34,813 nucleotides of DNA from a virus (lineage: Duplodnaviria; Caudoviricetes): positions 1-34,813 of the IMG/VR virus record IMGVR_UViG_3300020381_000736; one strand, written 5' to 3'. How positions within the stretch are numbered: position 1 is the first letter of the stretch; every line of letters starts with the position of its first letter. The translations under genes and the position numbers were made by a program. The notes under the pieces were generated by a model. That model was not told the DNA's origin. It was given only the letters and a program-made list of their open reading frames with translations, and made no database searches. Below, piece after piece: positions 7,602 through 16,191 of this stretch.

Positions 7602-8633
7602 ATGCCAAGATTACAACTATGGAACCAACACAAAACCAATGACTATGGCTTTATAGACAGAGTCGTTGCCGAGCAGATTAATGCAGGTGGAACAGGAGTC
7701 TTTGTACACAAATACATAGGCACATATACTGATGACACCAGTGCTAGTACAGGATCAGGCGACTTGTATATACAAGATGTTTTGTTTTTGGAAAATAGAG
7801 ATAGAAAGTATGACACAGACATATATGAACTTAGAGGTGCATATAATATAGCAGACCCAGATTTTGATTTAACACAATTTGGTATGTTTGTTAATAACGA
7901 CAGTTTGTTTATGACTTTCCACATGAATACATGTGCAAGTTTACTTGGTAGACGTTTAATGGCAGGTGATGTTGTTGAATTACCACATTTAAGAGATGAT
8001 TTACTTTTAGGTGGCGGTGAAGCAATAAACAGATATTTTGTTGTAAGTGATTGTGGCAGACCAGCAGAAGGATATGATCCTAGATGGTGGCCCCACTTAT
8101 GGAGATGTAAATTAACAAATATCACAGACAGTCCAGAATACAGAGATATTCTTGGTACTGGAGAAACTGCAACTGACTTAAGAAATCTATTAAGCACATA
8201 CAGTACTGAAATTGCTATTAGTGATAAGGTAATGGAAGTTGCTAATTCAGATATGCAATATGATACAGGCTACTATGAAGGTGGTCATTTATATGTTGAT
8301 GAAACCAGCGATGACAAACCAGGTATATATTTCCCTGGAGATGGATCTGCTCCTAACGGTATAAGTATAGTAGGTAGTGGTAATTCATTCCCGGTGGGTA
8401 TGAACAATGGAGAATATTTCTTAAGAACAGACTTTGAACCACATAGATTATTTAAGAAACAAGGTAGTAGAATGATTAAAGTCAGCGACGATAACAAAAA
8501 GGCTTGGAGTGCCGCTAATAGAATACTTACATCATTCATTAACAATGATTCAATTACTACAAACACAGATGGTACAACTCAATCTGAGAAAACAAACCTC
8601 AGTAAAGCAGTTAAGCCTAAGGCGGATAATTAA
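7602..8633 (+). CDS. Head-completion/neck protein (T4 gp14-like)
   Basis: Start reassigned to ATG 7602 (MPRLQLW). IQDVLFLENRDRKYD, FDLTQFG, GDVVELPH and WWPHLWRCK resemble gp14-family proteins. Coupled (TAATG) to the gp15-like gene. Confidence 0.65.
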   Translation: MPRLQLWNQHKTNDYGFIDRVVAEQINAGGTGVFVHKYIGTYTDDTSASTGSGDLYIQDVLFLENRDRKYDTDIYELRGAYNIADPDFDLTQFGMFVNNDSLFMTFHMNTCASLLGRRLMAGDVVELPHLRDDLLLGGGEAINRYFVVSDCGRPAEGYDPRWWPHLWRCKLTNITDSPEYRDILGTGETATDLRNLLSTYSTEIAISDKVMEVANSDMQYDTGYYEGGHLYVDETSDDKPGIYFPGDGSAPNGISIVGSGNSFPVGMNNGEYFLRTDFEPHRLFKKQGSRMIKVSDDNKKAWSAANRILTSFINNDSITTNTDGTTQSEKTNLSKAVKPKADN

Positions 8634-10078
8634 TGGCTAATTTGGATTATTGGTATGATGCACAACTAAGAAGATACTTAGGACAGTTCATGCGGATCTT
8701 TAGTGATTTTAAAGTGTCAGAAGGCAAACGAGCAGGGTCAACTTTTTATAATAAAGTTCCTGTAAGATATGCTGACATGAGCAGAATGGTAGCACATATC
8801 ATTAGGAAAGGAAGTGAGAATATGGTTAATTCTACTCCTTTTATTGCTTGTAGTATTAGTAGTTTACTAATTGCTAGAGATAGAACACAAGATCCAATGT
8901 TAATTAGTAAAGTACAAATTGCTGAAAGACAGTTTGATAGTAGCAGTAATGCATACAAAACAGATAGTGGTTCACAAGGATTTCCAGGTAACTTATACAG
9001 CACAGATAGATATATGCCTGTTCCGTATAATTTAACAATGCAAGTAGATATTTGGAGTGGTAACACAGACCAAAAACTACAAATATTAGAACAAATACTT
9101 GTACTATTTAATCCAAGCATACAATTACAACAAACATCCAATCCAATTGATTGGACTAGTATTTTTGAGGTAGAACTAACAGATATAAATTGGTCAAACA
9201 GAAGTGTACCAGCCGGCGTAGATGAAACAATAGACGTTGCCACCCTAACATTCACTTTACCAATATGGATTAGTCCTCCAGCAAAAGTTAAAAGACAAAA
9301 AATTATTAATACAATTATTACTAATATTTACGATACATCAAGTGTACAAGACTTAGGTTACGATGATGATATATACGACTTCTTTAGAACAGTAGACAGT
9401 CAATTTGAATTGCATACTGTTAGTCCAAATAACTATTTCTTACAAATTGCAGGAACTGAAGCAACATTATTTAAAACAGGACCTACAGAAGGTACAAGTT
9501 ATGATGATGGTACAACAACTAAAGCAAATTGGAATGATTTATTAGAAGTTATTTCTCCACAAGGTAGTCAAGGTAGTTTATCTAATGCAAGTGTATCTAT
9601 GAGTGATATACCATTAACTACAGGAAGTACATTACAACTTAATCTATCTAATGATGTAGATGCAACAACTAATTTAGTAAGTGGATTTATTGCTAGAAAT
9701 AGTATTGATCCTGCTAAACTAGTTTTTACAGTTGACAGTGATACATTGCCTACAAACACATTAACAAACGTTACTAAAATTATAAACCCAACTGCAAGTT
9801 ATCCAGGCGATGGTACATTAGCCGCCGCGGCAACTGGACAAAGATATTTACTTACAGAAGAAATATCAGGAAGTCAGTGGGGCATATCAGCAGACATCAA
9901 CGACATAGTAGAATACAATGGTTCTGCATGGACTAAAGTATTTGATGCTAGTGGTGTTACTGCTGTTAATTACGTTACAAACACATTCACAGGAAAACAA
10001 TTCAAATGGCAAAACGAAACTTGGACAAGCAGTCACGAAGGGACATACAACCCAGGGTTTTGGAGAATCAACGTATAG
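8633..10078 (+). CDS. Tail sheath stabiliser/tail completion protein (T4 gp15-like) with C-terminal extension
   Basis: YWYDAQLRRY..QFMRIFS, KVPVRY, MPVPYNLTMQVDIW and QILEQILVLFNP are gp15-family signatures. Confidence 0.78.
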   Translation: MANLDYWYDAQLRRYLGQFMRIFSDFKVSEGKRAGSTFYNKVPVRYADMSRMVAHIIRKGSENMVNSTPFIACSISSLLIARDRTQDPMLISKVQIAERQFDSSSNAYKTDSGSQGFPGNLYSTDRYMPVPYNLTMQVDIWSGNTDQKLQILEQILVLFNPSIQLQQTSNPIDWTSIFEVELTDINWSNRSVPAGVDETIDVATLTFTLPIWISPPAKVKRQKIINTIITNIYDTSSVQDLGYDDDIYDFFRTVDSQFELHTVSPNNYFLQIAGTEATLFKTGPTEGTSYDDGTTTKANWNDLLEVISPQGSQGSLSNASVSMSDIPLTTGSTLQLNLSNDVDATTNLVSGFIARNSIDPAKLVFTVDSDTLPTNTLTNVTKIINPTASYPGDGTLAAAATGQRYLLTEEISGSQWGISADINDIVEYNGSAWTKVFDASGVTAVNYVTNTFTGKQFKWQNETWTSSHEGTYNPGFWRINV

Positions 10079-10560
10079 ATACTCCAAAAAGTATTATAGA
10101 AACATTGAATCCTTTAACAAATCTGAATAGGCATAAAGGCATTAGTGCCGCAGGTGTTTTGTTTTTAGCCAAAGATACAGGTAGATGTATGTTCCAATTA
10201 CGCAACTCAGATAAAAGACAAAAACATACTTGGGGATTTTGGGGAGGCATGATTGAAGGGATAGAATCACCATATGAATGTTTACAAAGAGAACTTTTAG
10301 AAGAAATTGGTCTTGTTCCTGAACTTAAAAAACTAAATCCGTTAGATGTATATCAAAGCAAAGATAAAAACTTTATGTATTACAGTTTTTGTTATGTAGT
10401 AGAAAAAGAATTTCAACCAACATTAAATGATGAAAGTTGTGGATATGCTTGGGTAAACATTGGTCAATGGCCCAAACCTTTACATGATGGTGCTAGAAGC
10501 ACTTTAGGACGTAACAAAGGCACAAGTAAACTGCACACTATATTAAAAATAAATATGTGA
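10006..10560 (+). CDS. Nudix hydrolase
   Basis: Nudix box G-MIEGI-E-SPYECLQ-RE-LL-EE-IGL (GX5EX7REUXEEXGU). The true start may be downstream (e.g. TTG 10060). Confidence 0.88.
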   Translation: MAKRNLDKQSRRDIQPRVLENQRIDTPKSIIETLNPLTNLNRHKGISAAGVLFLAKDTGRCMFQLRNSDKRQKHTWGFWGGMIEGIESPYECLQRELLEEIGLVPELKKLNPLDVYQSKDKNFMYYSFCYVVEKEFQPTLNDESCGYAWVNIGQWPKPLHDGARSTLGRNKGTSKLHTILKINM

Positions 10561-10566
10561 TAAGTA
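10559..10566 (+). promoter_or_regulatory. Late promoter GATAAGTA, 5 nt before ATG 10572
   Basis: GATAAGTA-ATAGC-ATG. Confidence 0.65.
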
Positions 10567-10571
10567 ATAGC

Positions 10572-11198
10572 ATGTCAAAAGATATTATAAATTTTGATGC
10601 TATAAGACTAACAACGGAACTTAACAAATACAACAGACACAAGGCAATACCCAATTCCTTTTTTGACGGCACCTTTACAATATTAGACGTAAGAGATTTA
10701 TACGATAGTCTATCTCCAAAAGTACAAAAAATAGCAGATACACTGATTGAACAGTATAACGTAGACGTAAAACAAAGTGAAGAAGGACTTTATAAAAGTT
10801 TCCTAAATGAGTATAAAGCATTTTTAAGAAATCAACACACTCGTCAAGAGAAGTGGAAGTACCCACCTGTGATGAAAAAGTACAGAGCAAATATAAATCC
10901 TGTGAGAGCAATATCTTATGACGTCAGAGAAATGGCTTATGCTTACAAACCAAATGATGACCATCATGCATGGTTAAGTACATTAATTACAGAGCCTAAT
11001 TTTTATCACAGAGTTATCCAAGACATTATAAAAGATAGACAAAAGGTAGATAAGATTTTAAACTACTATATTCCAGTATATCAAGTTGCAAAATTTAAAA
11101 TGCCAATGGAAATAAAACATTTACAAACATTAAGAACAGACTTACTGGAATATGCTAAATTATTTACAGAATTTAGAAACTACGATCCGGACGATTAA
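10572..11198 (+). CDS. Hypothetical protein (208 aa, helical-looking)
   Basis: Long ORF with phage-like codon usage; start reassigned to ATG 10572 (MSKDIINF). Confidence 0.75.
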   Translation: MSKDIINFDAIRLTTELNKYNRHKAIPNSFFDGTFTILDVRDLYDSLSPKVQKIADTLIEQYNVDVKQSEEGLYKSFLNEYKAFLRNQHTRQEKWKYPPVMKKYRANINPVRAISYDVREMAYAYKPNDDHHAWLSTLITEPNFYHRVIQDIIKDRQKVDKILNYYIPVYQVAKFKMPMEIKHLQTLRTDLLEYAKLFTEFRNYDPDD

Positions 11199-11199
11199 G

Positions 11200-11207
11200 G
11201 ATAAATA
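11200..11207 (+). promoter_or_regulatory. Late promoter GATAAATA, 5 nt before ATG 11213
   Basis: GATAAATA-TTATT-ATG. Confidence 0.65.
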
Positions 11208-11212
11208 TTATT

Positions 11213-11428
11213 ATGAAGTCAGGCAAAATTATACAGATTGCGGACCTAATAAACGATAAACTTCGTAAAGAACAGGAGTTAGAGTTTTATGAACAAGAAT
11301 TGCAAAAATTACTTTTGCGAATGTCGTTTGTTCGAAGGGAAATAAACCTTACTAATGTAATAATTGATATGATTGAAAAAGAAGAAATTCCAAACATATT
11401 AAAAAATATTAGTAAGTATGAAGTTTAA
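11213..11428 (+). CDS. Small coiled-coil hypothetical protein (71 aa)
   Basis: Heptad-like LRKEQELEFYEQELQKLLLRM; fills the gap up to the convergent cyclase gene. Confidence 0.7.
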   Translation: MKSGKIIQIADLINDKLRKEQELEFYEQELQKLLLRMSFVRREINLTNVIIDMIEKEEIPNILKNISKYEV

Positions 11429-13294
11429 TTATTTGTAAAGTTTTCTTATTTCGTTGTTTATAAGTGGAGCATATATTTTTACAGGCTCTTCTTTTCCTTT
11501 TACAGTAACTTCATCCAGTTTTAAACATGCAATATCCGTAAGTTGCATGTATGTAAATTCACTTATTAATATAGGAGTGTCTTGTTTTCGGGTCTCGGCT
11601 TCTAATCTAGCACCTAAGTTTACAGCATCTCCTACAACACTATAATCCAATCTAGTTTCTGCACCCATATTACCAACAATACATGTACCTGTATTAACAC
11701 CTGTGCCAAACTTAACTCTTGGTAAGCCTAATTTTTCCATTTCTTTTTCTAATTCATCACCTAATAATTCAATTTCTATTGCTGTTTTTACTGCCATCTC
11801 AGCATGATTTTCACAAGGTATTGGTGCATTCCAGAATGCCATTATACAGTCGCCCATGAACTTATCTATCGTTCCACCGTTGGCTAATACTATGTTTGAC
11901 ATCTTATCTAAGAAACTGTTTATAAGTTCTACTAATCCTTCGGGGTCGTCATTCTTCATATACTGTTCTGATATAGGTGTGAAGCCGACTATGTCTGCAA
12001 ATAAGAAACTCATCTCTTTTCTTTCGCCACCTAATTTCATTAAACTAGGATCTTTTACTATCATGTCAACATAATCTGGTGAAATATATGTGCCAAATTG
12101 TCCTTTGATTTGCTGTCTCAACTTGTATTGCTTGTAAAAATTATTAAAAGCACTTTGAGTAAACACTAAAAATCCACTGATTACAGGAAAAGTTGCGTCC
12201 ATTAACACTAGATGATTAGTGTAAAACCATACACTTGCATAGGCTTCAGAACCCAATATCAGCATAGAAATTGGTGCAGTCCATAGTAAAGGTAGTTTAT
12301 ACACCGCGATTCCTATTAATATCATGCCCAATAGTGCTCCTAAGAGCTCATATAAAGCACTTAATTCATTTCGCTGTATATTTGATCCATCGATAAAATT
12401 CTGTAGCATATGACCCTGTATTTGTTGCGGATACATCAAACCTTTTGGAGTAGGAACAGGGTTTTGTACACCTTCTGCTGTTACACCAATGATAACAAAC
12501 TTGCCTGTAAGGTCTGGTAGGCTGTTTATGTCTACATATTCATATTCTTTAAATGTATTATTAAAACGTATAAATGCTGTTCCATCAGGTTGTGTTACTA
12601 TAGGATCAAATGGTGGAACTGCAAATTCTTGTATTCCAATTTCAGATGTTTTTAACATATAACTAGGCTTTTGTGTAAATGTTCTTAACATTTCAATAGC
12701 AAAACTAGGATATATTTTTTCATTAACAGTGATTGCTAATGGGTAAGTTCTCGTAACTAAATCAGGTTGTGGTGCTGATGCAAGTACACCTATGCCTTCT
12801 GCTTGTTCTTCAAGTATCGGAATGTTTGTTACTAGATTGGGCCACTCTAGCAAAGATTGGGTCGGATTTGTAGGGCCTATCGTCCCTGTACCAATGTGCG
12901 GACCTGAACTCCTCACTCCTCTGGTAGATGGGGTCTGGCTTAAAATTATGCCGTTCCCTTTCAGCCACGATGCTAGGACTTCGTCCCCTCCGAATCTGTC
13001 CGCCTCCGGAAACATCACGGTCATTCCAATCATACCAGCATTGTTCTGTCTGATATCGTGTATTAGTTGTGCAAAATTCTGTCTGGGCCATGGCCATTGT
13101 CCCCATTGTTGTAAACTTTTTTCGCCGATGTTAATAATAGTAACTTCTTCACTATTCTTTTGTTCATCTAAACTTTGTAATGCATCAAATGTTTGTAATC
13201 TTAAACTTTGTAATGCGTATGGATCATATACTTTTAATGTCGTAAGTAAACAGATTGTAAAAACAACTGCCCATCCGCTGTATAACCATTTCAT
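11429..13294 (-). CDS. CHASE2-domain class III adenylate cyclase (membrane receptor cyclase)
   Basis: N-terminal TM, then CHASE2 (INIGEKSLQQWGQWPWPR), three TM helices, and a cyclase domain with FADIVGFT, IDKFMGDC, GVNTG..IVGNMG, RLDYSVVGDAVNLGARLE and VKGK. Confidence 0.93.
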   Translation of the reverse strand: MKWLYSGWAVVFTICLLTTLKVYDPYALQSLRLQTFDALQSLDEQKNSEEVTIINIGEKSLQQWGQWPWPRQNFAQLIHDIRQNNAGMIGMTVMFPEADRFGGDEVLASWLKGNGIILSQTPSTRGVRSSGPHIGTGTIGPTNPTQSLLEWPNLVTNIPILEEQAEGIGVLASAPQPDLVTRTYPLAITVNEKIYPSFAIEMLRTFTQKPSYMLKTSEIGIQEFAVPPFDPIVTQPDGTAFIRFNNTFKEYEYVDINSLPDLTGKFVIIGVTAEGVQNPVPTPKGLMYPQQIQGHMLQNFIDGSNIQRNELSALYELLGALLGMILIGIAVYKLPLLWTAPISMLILGSEAYASVWFYTNHLVLMDATFPVISGFLVFTQSAFNNFYKQYKLRQQIKGQFGTYISPDYVDMIVKDPSLMKLGGERKEMSFLFADIVGFTPISEQYMKNDDPEGLVELINSFLDKMSNIVLANGGTIDKFMGDCIMAFWNAPIPCENHAEMAVKTAIEIELLGDELEKEMEKLGLPRVKFGTGVNTGTCIVGNMGAETRLDYSVVGDAVNLGARLEAETRKQDTPILISEFTYMQLTDIACLKLDEVTVKGKEEPVKIYAPLINNEIRKLYK

Positions 13295-13299
13295 GCATG

Positions 13300-13307
13300 T
13301 ATTTATT
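13300..13307 (-). promoter_or_regulatory. Late promoter AATAAATA, 5 nt before the cyclase ATG 13294
   Basis: AATAAATA-CATGC-ATG in a 20-nt intergenic gap. Confidence 0.6.
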
Positions 13308-13314
13308 TTACTAT

Positions 13315-14220
13315 TTAATTCTGAGTAATATTAATTGTACAACCGCCTGACGTTTGACATGTCTGCGTAAGGTTGTATGTTTGTGCTGTAGAACTATTTT
13401 GTGTTAAATTTAATGTTGTTGGTTGACTACCGTATAAATTTATTGTGGCATTGTGAGCACCATTTCCTTTTTGTACTCCACTAATTTGACTACCATTTTG
13501 ATAACTTTTAAAGTTTACAGTTTTATTTCCGTCATTAATTTGTTTCCACCATACATCATTATTATCAGCATATATCCATATGTTTGCTGTATGATATCCT
13601 GGTGTGTTTGTATTACCATTTGTTTGGTAACCAGCAATAACATTATTGTCTCCGTGATAGTCTAATACTGCTTTGTGTCCACCATGCTCTTCACCATCCC
13701 ATGTGTCAAAGTTAGTGTCATTTATATTATTTAAACCAACACCTTGACCCCATCTCATTAAATTATTATCTCCCCAAAAGTGGAAACTTGCTTCTGAGTA
13801 TTGACAGTTATTATCCTCTGTACATTTTTGACTTATTTCTATTTCATTGTCTAGACCATCTACGTCTCCACAAAATGTTGCATTTGGGCAATTAACTTTT
13901 CCCCAAGTACTTGTAAATCCTGCAAAGTTATTCTGACCTACTTGCGTAATTTTTACACTATTACCATCACCAGACACAGAGAATTCAACTTCATTGTCTT
14001 CCCCTAGTTGTCCAATCCACATAGTTAAATTATCAACATTACCATATTGTAATCCTAAGTCTAAATCAATATGTTGATTTTTACCTTGTTGGTCAATATT
14101 CAAAACCAAGTCATCACCAATCTGGTCAATGTGTACATGATTGTGTTCTGGTCCAGCAAATGCATCAAAACTTGCTGTTGCACAAAAAATTGTTAAAATT
14201 GTTCCTAATATATATTTCAT
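13315..14220 (-). CDS. Secreted curlin-repeat-like protein (CsgA/CsgB-like)
   Basis: Sec signal peptide (…AFA); repeated QxGxxN units (IDQIGDD, IDQQGKNQ, GQLGEDNEV, ITQVGQNNF, YHGDNNV); in a csgF/csgG cassette. Confidence 0.72.
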   Translation of the reverse strand: MKYILGTILTIFCATASFDAFAGPEHNHVHIDQIGDDLVLNIDQQGKNQHIDLDLGLQYGNVDNLTMWIGQLGEDNEVEFSVSGDGNSVKITQVGQNNFAGFTSTWGKVNCPNATFCGDVDGLDNEIEISQKCTEDNNCQYSEASFHFWGDNNLMRWGQGVGLNNINDTNFDTWDGEEHGGHKAVLDYHGDNNVIAGYQTNGNTNTPGYHTANIWIYADNNDVWWKQINDGNKTVNFKSYQNGSQISGVQKGNGAHNATINLYGSQPTTLNLTQNSSTAQTYNLTQTCQTSGGCTINITQN

Positions 14221-15404
14221 TAATCTACCTGTATAATTGTAATATTTGTTCCGTCACAGTCATTAAGACAAATTATTGTGTCTTTTAAGTTACTATCTTC
14301 TATAAAGATTCTAGCACTATTTCCTGGCTGTTGTTTAATGCTTACAGTATTAGTTACTTGTCTAAAGAAAAATATTCTTCCATCTTCTATGATAGCATTG
14401 AATTGTGTTTCAGGATCAAATCCTAATGCAGTTCCTTCAATATTATCTGTTCCTAAACGTCCGCCATCGCTACTGCTTGACTCTTCTTCTCCTACTTCTT
14501 CAATAACATCTAATAAGTCTACTAAAAAGTCTGCGTCTAAGAAGTTTATATCTAACTCTGTAAACTCTAAATCTTCTGTAGTATCTGCTAACACATCTGC
14601 TTCTATGGCATTAGCATCTAATCCATCAAAATCTAGTAATCCGCCGTCCCCTTTTGCTTCTTCTTGTTGCTCCTCAACTGCTTCTTTAATTTCAGTTGGT
14701 TCACTTACAATAAACATGTTATCAATCATGTTTAAATCCAAGTCAGCAAGGACGACTGGATTGGTTGGCGATTGTTCATATGTACTAACCATAACAGCCT
14801 GAAAGGCTTCTGTTAGTACTTGAGTACCGCCATCATTTGTGATAGTTATACTACCACTTGGAGCACAACCTTCTTCAAGTCTTACTCCGTCATTACATTT
14901 TTGGTCTGGCAATAATATTACCAAACTCCTGCCCAACTCATCAACAGTTGTTGTAAAGTCGGTACCCCTAATACCTATTGTGGCAGTAGGAGTTTTTACG
15001 ATTATATTTTCTTTAGGTACTAACCCTAATCCACCAGTGGCAAAACGTGCCGTTCCTTGCACAAAATCTAATGCCATCCTGCTTTTACTTGGATCAGGAT
15101 CGTACACATATTCATTAATAACCATATATGTGTGTTCAGTTAAACTGACTTGTGTGTCGTCTATGAACTGAAGTTTTAAACGACCATTTATCGTTTCAAC
15201 TTCGTCCATACTCTGTATATCTGTGTCTAGTTCTGCAATCAATCTTTCACCAGACGTCCTACTAATATTACCCGGCGAGCCTACTTGCTCTAATACTCCG
15301 CCGATACTTTCAGTGGCACCGGCGGAAATACTGTATGTTGCACTAAACAGCAAAAATGTGTATAAACAAACCTTAGTCAGTTTGTCTGATACTAACTGAA
15401 GCAT
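14220..15404 (-). CDS. FecR-domain exported protein with acidic linker
   Basis: N-terminal signal/TM; DEVET.NGRLKLQFIDDTQVSLTEHT and VKTPTATIGIRGTDF are FecR-domain motifs. Confidence 0.82.
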   Translation of the reverse strand: MLQLVSDKLTKVCLYTFLLFSATYSISAGATESIGGVLEQVGSPGNISRTSGERLIAELDTDIQSMDEVETINGRLKLQFIDDTQVSLTEHTYMVINEYVYDPDPSKSRMALDFVQGTARFATGGLGLVPKENIIVKTPTATIGIRGTDFTTTVDELGRSLVILLPDQKCNDGVRLEEGCAPSGSITITNDGGTQVLTEAFQAVMVSTYEQSPTNPVVLADLDLNMIDNMFIVSEPTEIKEAVEEQQEEAKGDGGLLDFDGLDANAIEADVLADTTEDLEFTELDINFLDADFLVDLLDVIEEVGEEESSSSDGGRLGTDNIEGTALGFDPETQFNAIIEDGRIFFFRQVTNTVSIKQQPGNSARIFIEDSNLKDTIICLNDCDGTNITIIQVD

Positions 15405-16191
15405 TTTCGCTATCTAAATCAACGTCAATTTTACCTGGACATACAGGACTACAAGTTGCCGCATTACTTTGTAAAAATTGAAAATCACCATCTGATCCTA
15501 CTAAAACAAATTTTAAGTAGTGGTCAGAGTTACCAGTTTGATTTGATGTAATCGCATTATCATCACCAGTAATGTTCATTTCCCAAGTTGCGGAACCGGC
15601 GTCTACATTAATACCGCTTTGTGAAAAAGCAGATGTACTGTTCCAACCTGATCCTGGAGTACCACCCCAAGTTCTTGAGTTAGAAACTGCACTTCTAAAG
15701 TCGTTCCTGTCTCCTAGTATTGTCAAGTCCATATTAAGGTTATCTGAGGCAAAGTTGGCACCAATATCAACATCAAAAATGTTTGTATCACCTTGGATAT
15801 TCCAAAGCATATCAACACTATCTGCACTACCTGTAGCACCAATGTTCATATCTAGTGAGTTACTATTTCCATAGAAATACATATCCCAAACACTTGATCC
15901 AGAACCGTCACCAGTCCATGTACCAAATATTTCGTTACTGTTTCCATCCTGGATAATATCAATAATTAAGTTAGCACCAGTTATTACTAAATCAGCACTA
16001 TCACTTGCATCACCTGATATTTTATTACCGCTTCCAGCCTGTAATATAGTTAAAGTTAAATTATCCCCTTGTTGGTCTAATAAAACTTCATTGTCGTCTG
16101 CACCTAAGGCAGGAGCAAAAAGTCCTACTGTTAGGCCCATAACCGCGAAGACATTGATTGCAAAATTCTTAAAGAAATTCTTAGTCTTCAT
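15373..16191 (-). CDS. Secreted curlin-repeat-like protein (CsgA/CsgB-like)
   Basis: Start placed at ATG 16191 (GGAG SD). Signal peptide; repeats LDQQGDNL, ILQAGSGN, IIQDGNSN, NIQGDTN, ITGDDN, NQTGNSD. Confidence 0.72.
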   Translation of the reverse strand: MKTKNFFKNFAINVFAVMGLTVGLFAPALGADDNEVLLDQQGDNLTLTILQAGSGNKISGDASDSADLVITGANLIIDIIQDGNSNEIFGTWTGDGSGSSVWDMYFYGNSNSLDMNIGATGSADSVDMLWNIQGDTNIFDVDIGANFASDNLNMDLTILGDRNDFRSAVSNSRTWGGTPGSGWNSTSAFSQSGINVDAGSATWEMNITGDDNAITSNQTGNSDHYLKFVLVGSDGDFQFLQSNAATCSPVCPGKIDVDLDSENASVSIRQTD

